Positions 25,430-37,346 of a stretch of 64,000 nt of DNA are shown piece by piece. The stretch's first letter is position 1; each line of letters opens with the position of its first letter. Made by a program: the position numbers and the translations under genes. The DNA lies in NCBI RefSeq assembly GCF_009914755.1, contig NC_060934.1; one strand, 5' to 3'. A model generated the notes under the pieces. That model was not told the origin of the DNA, did not search any database, and saw only the letters and a list, made by a program, of their open reading frames with translations. The DNA is from the human T2T-CHM13v2.0 reference genome, Homo sapiens.

Positions 25430-25499
25430 TACACGTATGTGTGTGTGTGTTAAAATGATACAACATATTGTTTTGTAAACTTGTACTTTATTATATAAT

Positions 25500-25750
25500 A
25501 TTAATAATAATGGTGATGATAAATACTATTACTGTGTGCCAGGAACTAGGCTAAGCACTTTATAGAAACTATCTCACTTAATATTTACAGTAACCCTGTG
25601 TGATACTATTGTCACCCTCATTTTACATGTGAGGAAACTGACACTTAGTGAGGTTAATTAACTGTCTGAAATCATAGAGGTAGCAACTGGTGAAGCCAGA
25701 ACTGGAAATGATATCACATTTCAAAACCTGTCTCTTAACCATTATGTAAT
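25500..25750 (-). mobile_element. MIR SINE
   Basis: tactgtgtgccaggaactaggctaagcacttta...cattttacatgtgaggaaactgac. Confidence 0.75.
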
Positions 25751-25944
25751 ACCACTTGCCTTCTCAAGACATTAAATATTCTTCTATTGTCTTTTAATGT
25801 GTATATATTGTATCATAATATTGATGAAACTATTGCTATTATTAATATATGATAGTTCCAATTTCTAGTAGTATAAATAACAATGTGATGAGCATCCTTT
25901 TAGATAAATGTTTGCCTATAACTTTGGTTAGTTTCTCCTGAATA

Positions 25945-26341
25945 CCGACCTAGATAGAAGGATTTGAGTAGCTTATTTGGGAGTGATCCAGGAAACATCA
26001 GTAAGGTAATAAGAAAGAGAAAGGAAGAAAGTCCTTGGAGGATTTGTTAATGAGCAAGCCACCACCATGGGCAACTGAGGCCCCATTCCATTATCACCCC
26101 TGGGAGTCTGTTCTGCACTCACAGTTGTCCCCATTGAGGGCGAGGAATCCTTAACTTCTATCATTGGTTGAGGACTGCTTCCAGGGCTGTTAACCCTTTG
26201 ACTTCCAGCCAGCCTAATTCGTGATTTAGCACACTTCCTTATCCAGAAATGATCCCAGGCAGAAGTTGCCAGTGCTGGCAGTTGGAAACTACATTGCATG
26301 CATACACAGGATAAGGAGGGACACTGGCAACCTCTGCTACA
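25945..26341 (-). mobile_element. ERVL LTR (LTR40/LTR41-like)
   Basis: ggatttgagtagcttatttgggagtgatccaggaaaca...ccaccatgggcaactg; ends ctctgctaca. Confidence 0.45.
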
Positions 26342-26904
26342 GCCTATGTCCTTGATGCTTTCTTTCTGGATAAATTTAGGTTAGATACAAATCTCAGATA
26401 TAATAACTTTTGATTGCCAAATTGACCCACAGAAAGGTTGTTAGCAGTTTATACACACTTTCCATGTTATGACAGTGCTGGGGTTTGCTATGTTTAGATA
26501 CTCATTGTGTATAAAAATGTATTTCATTTTGTATTTTCTTGATCAGTGTTGCAGTCAAACTTTAAAATATAAATATATACTTATTAGTAAAATTAGCTTG
26601 TGTGTGTGTGTGTTGCCTTTCGTTTATTTTGATTATTTTTTCCTGTTGGAGTGTTCATCCTTTTAATTTACTGTTTTTTAATGTGTTGCAAAAAATTTTT
26701 TCCTGGTTTATTCTTTGGCTTTTAATTTTTATAATTTCATTAACATGGAAGAGTTTTAACCTCTTATATACCTTCATCAGTTTCTTTCATAAACTTGGAT
26801 TGTTCATGCATTTTTTTTTTTTACTTTAAAAATGTTTAAAACCTCTGGTAAATATGTCTGGTATTTAATTTACAGTTTGAGGTAAGGATCAAATAGGTAA
26901 TCTA

Positions 26905-27201
26905 GGCCGGGTGCCGTGGCTCACTCCTGTAAGCCCAGCACTTTGGGAGGCCAAGGCGGGCGGATCACGAGGTCAGGAGATCGAGATCATCCTGGCTAAC
27001 ATGGTGAAACCCTGTCTCTACTAAAAATACAAAAAACTGGCCAGGTGTGATGGTAGGCACCTGTAGTCCCAGCTACTCAGGAGGCTGAGGCAGAAGAATG
27101 GTGTGAACCCGGGAGGCGGAGCTTGCAGTGAGCCGAGATTGTGCCACTGCATTCCAGCCTGGGCGACAGAGCAAGACTCTGTCTCAAAAAAAAAAAAAAA
27201 A
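26905..27201 (+). mobile_element. AluY
   Basis: Diagnostic gagatcgagatcatcctggctaac and ggcggagcttgcagtg; TSD aaataggta(a/t)tct at 26891-26903 and 27202-27214. Confidence 0.95.
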
Positions 27202-28141
27202 AAATAGGTATTCTCTCTTTCTCATAATGATTTGAAATAGCATCATTTACTTAATTCTTATGAAACGGATCAATCTATTGAAAACAAAAACTGAGGGACC
27301 TCTTGATTGATTGACTTGTATTTCTTATATTTTCTGGCATCCATACTTGGAATAGCGAAAGGCAGTATGCCATAGTAACTGCTATTTTAAAAATTTTAAA
27401 TTGTTGATATTCATATTAATTTATGATTATATGGCTTACTATTGCAAAATCCTGGCTACCTATACCGTACACCCACCATTGCTTATATTCTTGGCATGGA
27501 TGTACAAAAAAATCTGCATGATTATTCTCTAATTTCCTGCATTTTTTTAACATTCCAGCCTACAAGTCACACTCATAACGTCATCTAGAAAGAAAACATT
27601 ATTTTGAATTTTTATTGTAAACATAACTTGAACATGATTTTTAAATTACCTTGTCCGCAAGAGGCAGCACTCTATTCAGCAGGATACATTATTTGGTTAT
27701 AAAGTAAAATTCTAAAAATTGTTACATGTTGAATCAGCCATCAGGGACTCCTTATGTTTCCACAAATGCAATTATCAGTAGCATAAGAATGGAAATTGCC
27801 TGTAAGTGTTCAAGCTTCAACAATCTGCCTTTTCTGATGGTGTAGTTACATGGGAGAAGTGAGCCAGAGCTGGGGTGCATAGCACAATACACAGCCTGCT
27901 ACTTAGCTATCGGGCTCCCTGATTTAACATGCACCTGTCATAGATTACATTTACCGTTTTCCAAGTGGTGCCCTTCAAGCTGAGTCCATGTGGTGTCATC
28001 CCACTGTGTTAAAATGTCAAGGGGTTGCTTATCACAAATGCCTGAGAAAATTTGTTGTTCTAAGAAAAGAAGCCTCACAATGGCCTCCTGTCAATACTGT
28101 GTTGATGGAATAAATCTCCAGAAAGCGTTCCAATATCTTTC

Positions 28142-28557
28142 TGTAATCAGTTGAATTGTGACCCACTCCCAATTCCTATGTCAAGGTCCTAAACCTGAGT
28201 ATGCAGATGGCATCTTTGCAGAAGTAATCCATTTAAAATGAGGTCATTAGAGTAGACCTTAACCCAATGTCACAGGTGTTCTTAAAAAGGGAGAAATTTG
28301 AACACAGGCAACACATAGAGGGAAGATAATGTGAAGAGATGTCATTATATACAAGCCAAGGAACACCTGATGATTGCAAAGTGAGGAGAGGGGCCTGTGA
28401 CAGAGCCTTTCCTAGTGCTTTTAGAGTGACCATGGCTCTGTGGACACCTTAATCTTAGACTTCTAGACTCAAGAACTGTGAGACAATACGTTTCTATTGT
28501 TTAAGCCATTTGGTGTATGGTGCTTTGTGATGATGGCAGCCCTAGCAAACTAATATA
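28142..28557 (+). mobile_element. MLT1B/MLT1C MaLR solo LTR
   Basis: tgtaatcagttgaattgtg ... gcagccctagcaaactaatata; perfect 5-bp TSD CTTTC at 28137-28141 and 28558-28562. Confidence 0.85.
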
Positions 28558-29269
28558 CTTTCCTTGCCTATTTTACATTTTTTGTACTCTCAAAGCATTC
28601 TGCCTACATTTCTAGAAGAAATTTATCACACTTTTTGAACTTTAGTCTTTCCTAATTGTTGATGAATGGGTAATATGGATATGGGGAAAATTCCAAGTAT
28701 AGAATAGCACAAAAACAGACTTAGGGTGAAAACAGAGTCTCCTCAGCTGGTTGCCTAGTGCACTCTACCCCACCCCTCCAAGCTCCCTTCCAAGAGGCAA
28801 CCACTGTGACCTGTATCTTATATTCTTAGTTTCATGATCATCTCCAATTTAGGTTTTTATTTCGTTTCATCGGCCATACGCCCCTTGGGGAAAGGGACCA
28901 TTCATTCATTCTGTGTAATCTCAGCTCTCCATAAATGTGACTTTACAGAACTGTTTTCTGGGTAGATTCAGGCAGATGGATGCATAAAATTCAAGCTAGG
29001 TTTAAGGCTCCAATTCCTGGTAAAATCCAAACACTCTTGTTATTTAGTCATTTACACCTTTGTGGGTCGAGTGGGACCTGAGAGAATATTTTGCTTGGGG
29101 GTAGAGCAAGGAGACAGTAAGGAACCTGGGCAAAGTTGGGGAGATTAAGTGGAAAGAAAGTCATCAAACAGGAAGTAAAAACTTTGTTGATCTGACTTCT
29201 CCTTTGCTGTTCTTATAGTTCCCTAGTAATTGACTTTGAATAGGAGTAACCTAGCTCCTGTTTGTTAAT

Positions 29270-29530
29270 CTGAGAGGCGCCTAGTATCCTGGTTATGAGT
29301 TTCGATTTGGGGGCCAGACTTCCTGTGTTTGTAATACTAGTTCTACTATTAGTTAGTTACGTGACATTGAACAAGTACTTCCACCTCTCTGTAATGAAGT
29401 TCTTCATCTGGGAAATGAAGAAGACAAATAGTGTCTTCTTCTTATAGTTGTTATAAGGATTAAGTGGGCTAAAGCTCTTAGAACCATGCCTGGCACATAG
29501 TAAATGCTGTGTTAGATGTGTTACTATTCA
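29270..29530 (+). mobile_element. MIR SINE
   Basis: gtgacattgaacaagtacttccacctctctg...agaaccatgcctggcacatagtaaatgct. Confidence 0.7.
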
Positions 29531-29559
29531 CCTATAAATTGTCCCACTGGGGGTTTGTT

Positions 29560-30140
29560 AGTGTATCGATTAGAATGCTTTTCTGGCAGCAAGTTGAAGA
29601 AAACCAAACAAAGAGGAGCTCAAATAATAAAGATGTTCATTATTCACTCTAACAAGAACTCCAGAGGTTGGTATCAGGGTCGGTAATTCAGTGGCTGGTT
29701 GACAGCACCAAGGATGAAGGTTCCTTCTTTCTTTAGAACACCAAAGTTTGAGGGATGGGCACCCCAGCATGTTGGCTTTTGTCCTCAGTCTTCTCTCCTC
29801 AGGGTCAAGAATGTCTGTCACTCTTCCAGGAGGCACACATAGACATATTAACATTGAGAGAGGGAGTTAGAAAAGGGAGTATCCCCACCACCACCAGTCC
29901 CTTTGAAAGAACAAGTAGAGTGTTCCCAGAAATTGCCAGAAGTTTTCTCATGTTTCATTGGCTAGAATTAGACCACATGTCCATGCTTAACCAATTATTG
30001 GATGTGCAATAAGAACCCCATGATCATGGCTGGGGCCACCTTCCATGAAAGATATGGCCATCCAGAGCAGGGCACACAAAATCAGGACTCTCTTAGCCTA
30101 GAAAAACAGCAGTAGGTCAGCAACAGGTGTCTCCACCACA
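29560..30140 (-). mobile_element. old MLT1 (K/L/J-like) LTR
   Basis: ttagaatgcttttctggcagcaag...tctcatgtttcattggctagaattagaccacatgtccatgcttaaccaat. Confidence 0.55.
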
Positions 30141-31100
30141 CTTAGTTTGCCTTTTGATTTCTGGATGGAGTTGCTGAAATTTAAGTTTTCTTACTTGTTT
30201 ATTCTGGTAAATTATTTTTGTTTTGTTTTGCCTTAATGTGTACCTTTGGCCTCAGATAAATTGTCATGGAAAGTAATACTCTTTGCCATTTCGTGTGTGT
30301 GTGTTTGAAAGAATGAGAGAGAGAGAGAGACTATTTCTGTGAGAGCCTATTTTTCTCTCCAGTTCCTCTAAGGAAACCACCATTCAATCTTCTTTACCCA
30401 GCTGTTCACATTTCCTAGGTAATCTCAACAGTGTTCATGGTCTCAACTACTGCCAATAAGCCAATGATTCTCCAATCTCATTGTCCACCTCAGATCTCTT
30501 CTGAGCTTCAGATATGCATATTCACCTTCTTGATGGCAGTCTTTATTTGCCCATCCTATAGGAATCACAAAGAAGCCCAAAACTAAACGTTTTCTCCCAA
30601 GTTGACATAACTAACCATCAAGGAGAATGGGGCCTTCTGGAGTTCACAGTGGAGTAGCTCCAGTTCACATGGTCTTGTCTCTGATTGTATGTTTCTGACA
30701 TGCTTAATTTCTCTGGATCTTGTCCTGTCAATTTGACCAACTTTTCCTTTAACTGTCTCAATTTCCAACCCTACTTCTTTACTTTATGATCATCAAGTAA
30801 GCGGTTTCCTTTTGGACAATGCCTCTTGGGCTATGCACCTGACAAGAATGCATCTTGGCACAGTTGGAGCTCTCCAGCCTGCTGTCTTGTCCCTTATGAA
30901 ATTCTCATGGCCACTCTGGCAAGACATGGCCTTTCTTCAGGCCACGGTCAGCTCCTTTCCCCTATTTCAACAATGGAGGGTTACAAGTTTGTCATCATCA
31001 CTTAATTCCTCACAATGGACAAGTGGTCTATCAAATGGGACTGGGGAACAGAAGCCTTGTAATTGGGATGACTCAAATACAATAGAAAGACACTTTAAAG

Positions 31101-31273
31101 TCTGCAGTGGCATGTACCTATAGTCCCATCTACTCAGGTGCTCTGGTGGGAGGATTGTTTGAGCCCAGGAGTTCAAGGCTGAAGTGCACCATGATTGTGC
31201 CTATAAATGAACACTGCATTGGGCAACACAGGGAGACCCTGTCTCTAAATAAAATAAAATAAAATTAAATTAA
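31101..31273 (+). mobile_element. FAM (fossil Alu monomer)
   Basis: gtgcctataaatgaacactgca FAM-type segment; (TAAAA)n tail; TSD aaagaca(c)tttaaag at 31086-31100 and 31274-31287. Confidence 0.75.
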
Positions 31274-33397
31274 AAAGACATTTAAAGATACTGTATAATT
31301 GTGACTGTTCACTATGAACTGGAATTAAAGAAAACCATACCATCTCATGCTACCTTGAAAGCAAATTACAAAACTTTGAGAGACTACAAGGCTCTCTCAG
31401 GTCAGGGTAGAAGAGAGGGAGCTTGCACTCTTTTCTCAAGCTCACCAAGCTGCGACCAGATCCGTGGCATAGAGCCCCATCTAGGAAATGCCCCACGTTC
31501 TTCAAATGGAAAAGTGGGAGTCACATTTCCTCCCAGTGAGTTCACTGGCCCCGAGGGCACCATGGCGGGATGAAGCCTTGTTTTGAGAAGAAGCTGGTTT
31601 TTCTGAGGCAGGCCCAATTAAGCCACCAGCTGTGATCAATTATCTAAAAAGCCAATCAGGTGCCGGCAGCTGGGTAGTGTGGGGGCTGGATTGGAATTTT
31701 CTAGAAAGTTAGCAGACTCTTGGCTGCCTAAAACTTCAATTTGATTTGTATTTATGAAGACCCTCTTAAAACACAGATGGATCTTATTGAATCTCCTGCA
31801 TATGAGGGGTGTTAGGATACAGTGGAGGGAGCCAAGGTCAAGGTTTACTGTCTGATAAGTTATTAGAGACATATTAAAAAACCTTGGGTTTTCCTGTTCT
31901 ATGTCTATTTTTTTGTGGGGAGGGGTAGGGTGGGGAAGGGTTTCTATGGCCCAGGGACCTACACCTACTGTGCTTTTTCCTCATGCAGGAGAAAAATCTT
32001 CTCTTAGAAAAGGACTTCCAAATAATTTAGTTATTTTTATGCAAGTATCTCTAGGGTTATATAGACTTGAGCTTCGCAGTGCTTTTCAAACTGTTCCTCA
32101 GAACCACCTAAGTTTGATAGAGTTTCTACAGAGCCTGATTTGGGAGGAAAGGTGTGCCACAGTTGGGATTCTAACTGATCTTTCCTCCCAGGTATTAAAA
32201 AAAAGTTTTATTTTTAAAGTTCTAAGTTAAGGAAGTGAAGGCTTCATTTGGGATAGCAGCCAACAATTAGATATTTTGGAGGGATGAGAAACTTTCATGT
32301 AGCTCTGAAATTTACTGTACATGTATTGCTCACTACATGACGTCCTAACTAAGGTCATATTTAAGGTTACAGCTAGAGGAAAAGATTGTTCTGCCACCTG
32401 ATGCCAAAGAAGCTGTTAAGACTAAGATCTTGTGTTAGGAACTTCAATATAGGTTTCTCTAATTCTTCTTCCATAGAAGTTCTAGAGAAAAAAGTGAAAT
32501 GCATAAGTCAAATGGTTAAGGAAGCAAATTAGACATCGAAGTGTTCTAAGAGCTTGATCTGAATTGTTTTTATAATTGAAGCAGCCTTATTCTATGTCAT
32601 GAATGCTGTCTCTCATCACTGTTTGAATTTCAGAAAGCAGAAAAATACCATTTTAATGTTTCATGCTGTTAGGGCATTTGTACACTGGAACCCATTCATG
32701 CTTCCTGTTCTGTCTTATTAGTGGGCAATGTCCATCATATATTACTGAGAGAGAAAAAATAGTTGTATCTTAAAATTAGATTTACTATATTGTGATTAAT
32801 TACTTTTGTCACCAGGAAGCATACAGGAAGTAGAAAATTCAGCATCTCGTTATTGAGTTCATTTTCTGTGCCAGATACCACGCCTGGCATGGGGGGGATT
32901 AAAAAGTGGAGCCAGACTCAGTCCCTGCACAGTGGCCCATAATCCAATGGAAGAGAAAGGACTGAATATAATTCTAAGAAAATTGCAAGTGGGTATATGA
33001 GGTGGGGAAAGCTAAATAATGAATGTGGCTGGGGTAGGTTTTGAGATGAAGCAGTGGAGAAAGAGAACACTAACTTAAATAAATGAAAAGAGACTGACAT
33101 CTTAGAGGTATCCTGGTGAAATTTTGGAACACTAAAGATAAAACAATAATCCTAAACTTTTCTAGAGGAAAAAAAGAAAGGCAACTAGAAAGTCCAGGAA
33201 AAACTACATGCTAGATAAGAAAATCAGTTCAACTATGAAGCAAACAAATGTATCAAGATTTTGTGTCACTGAGGGTTTAGTGCTTCATCCTTTAGATATG
33301 TGGGATTATATCTCCTTCTTTATAGGTCCAGGCACATTACTTGGCATTATGGTGAATAATCTTTACATTATCTTAATATTATTAGCACCGTTTATTG

Positions 33398-34965
<1,568 letters not shown>

Positions 34966-35339
34966 GAAAAGTTCCAATAAATGGCCTGCAGAAATTCCTT
35001 GATTTGATCCTTGCCATGAGGCTGAATTTTAGTAGAACTTTGTTGTTCAAAGACATATCCATATTCCTCCCACGTAGAAGAAAACCAGAACATTTTATAA
35101 TTAGGAACATAATCTGTCATAATTACTCTTAATTTTAGAGTCAACATATAGAAAAAGCACAGAAGACAACTACAGTTATACTGTAGAATTGGAGCACTAA
35201 AAACACTAACCATATGAAAAGACGAACATAGCTGACAAAGGTAGGAAGATAAAAAGTGGTGTGTACAAACTACTTTCTTAAATAGAAATCTTGCCCCATA
35301 CCTCTGGCTCATCAGGCTTTATCTTGCACTCATGGTGAT

Positions 35340-35456
35340 TATATAACTTATCATCTGAACCAGGACACTCTTGAGAGTTGGTGCTATTAATAATTACTTC
35401 AGGAAATGGATAAAAACAGAGACTGTTCTATTCAAATCAGGATGTATAATTCCTTA
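35340..35456. mobile_element. MER94-like hAT-Blackjack MITE
   Basis: tatcatctgaaccaggacactcttgagag...gactgttctattcaaatcaggatgtat. Confidence 0.5.
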
Positions 35457-35695
35457 CCTGAACTGCCCACTCAGCACATGATCTCAATTACAGACATTGC
35501 TGGAATGGTGTGACTTCTCAGTTGTAGAAGACGCTCCTCGTGTCTATCATAGTTTGGCAGCACATAAGTGAAGAGTTGCCAGTACAATTGTTTGCCAGGA
35601 CCCATGGTTGAAACCACTTCTTTTTTTGACTATTGTTGCTGGCACCTAGATACCACTGCAACTCTACTAACTTTCCTTTTGGCTTTTATGACTAG

Positions 35696-35716
35696 GAGTC
35701 TGCGATTGTGGAATAA
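35696..35716 (+). CDS. candidate coding part of terminal exon (phase 0: ESAIVE*)
   Basis: TACTAAC (35665-35671), pyrimidine tract, TAG acceptor (35693-35695); in frame with the 15561-15617 exon. Confidence 0.4.
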   Translation, partial: ESAIVE

Positions 35717-36082
35717 TGAACTTCGAATGATGTGATTCTGGATGAGGACTTGGATCAAGAGAATCGCAAATTAATTGTGCCAGAGAAGCTTTCATTCATT
35801 CAACAAATATTTATTAAGCATGTTTTACACTCCAGGAACTTTACAAGAAACTTGGGCTACTTGGTGACTTTACTCACCAGGAGTGGGTTCAGACTCCTGA
35901 TGGATGAGCTCCAGGTCCTCCCTAACAAGACTGCAGACTTCCTGAGGGCACAGCCCACCCCTCATGCTTTGAGTTTCTCATATAACCCATCATAGCAAGT
36001 AGAAGATGCTTCAGAACATTTGTCCCTATGAGATAGAGTCATATTCTATTTAGCTTGGGACATGGCAGGTACTCAGTTGTTA

Positions 36083-36088
36083 AATAAA
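36083..36088 (+). terminator. candidate polyadenylation signal AATAAA
   Basis: First AATAAA seen downstream of the 35696 acceptor; lies in an L2-tail-like segment. Confidence 0.45.
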
Positions 36089-37041
36089 AAATAGTTATTG
36101 AGTAATTTATTTATTAAGTTCCATTCCCTTGGTGAAACAAAATCTGGTACTGCACTAAAAGTAAAACACTCAACTGTTTGAGGAAGTCCAGTTTAGCTCG
36201 TTTCAGAAGTATTTTTGCCAGAATACTGAAATTCTTTCATGAAGCAACACTATCTTGCTCTTCTCAGATTAGTGACCTTACAACATGAGATGAGGGTGAA
36301 GTATTTTTTTCTTTAAGGCATCTTTAGCACAGCCTTATTCAAAATGAAGCATATTCTGAGAGTTTCTCTTAGTCTTTTGAGATGTTGGTTGAAAATCCAT
36401 CATGACTTCATTTGAAGTATTTATGAAATTGTCAGCTTGAGAAACACATCTGCTCATTTTTTTCACTGTGAAATTACTTCACTTAACAGAGGGGTGCAAA
36501 TTTGGCAGTCCTGTCATGATTTAAATGGCCTGCGCCTCATTAGTGTTTCCAGCATTTATTTAATAAAATCAAATCAGAATAGCATTTAATTTAGTTTTAA
36601 TAGGATAGTTAATGTTAACGAAATATCAATTGATTATTAAAATGAAGAGTGCTGAGGTATAACAGATATGTGAGATATAAATCTTGCTGCTATGTCATTA
36701 ATTCAGAATTACATAAGCAATAAATGTCTAATTAGATTCTTAGTAGTGATGAGTTGTAAGCATTTATTGAGATTCGATAAGATTGATGTTACAGACTTGT
36801 GCTAAGGACCACAGCTTAATTAAGAAAAGAGGAACAAACCTTCGTTCCCATTTTCACCAGTCTTTGCCATTTTCTATTTCATATAATATTAAGCTGGAGG
36901 AGTGGTGGCAGAGAGAGGGGTGTGTGATCCAAGTACAGTACCTCAGGTAATCCCACAGTGGCCAATAACAAGAGTACAGGGCTGATTATTCTCTGATGAG
37001 CTTGGATTTTGGGACTTTGGATAAGGAACTCACTGATATCT

Positions 37042-37346
37042 TTTCTTTTTTCTTTTTCTTTTTTTGAGACAGAGTCTCACTCTGTCACCCAGGCTGGAGT
37101 GCAGTGGCGCAATCTCAGCTTACTGCACCTCCAACTCCTGAGTTCAAGTGATTCTCCTGCTGCAGCCTTCCAAGTAGCTGGGACCACAGGCATGCGCCAC
37201 CACGCCCGGCTAAGTTTTGTATTTTTAGTAGAGTTGGGGTTTCACCATGTTGCCCAGGCTGGTCTCGAACTCCTGACCTCAGGTGATTGACCTGCCTTGG
37301 CCTCTCAAACTACTGGGATTACAGGCATGAACCACTGTGCTCAGCC
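37042..37346 (-). mobile_element. AluS (Sx/Sz-like)
   Basis: Full dimer; TSD agg(a/g)actcactgat(a/t)tct at 37024-37041 and 37347-37364. Confidence 0.93.

Larger units (their letters stand above)
35696..36105 (+). other. candidate terminal exon; 3'UTR built from L2 3'-end fragments
   Basis: Strong acceptor; AATAAA at 36083-36088 followed by U-rich sequence; 3' end approximate. Confidence 0.5.
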
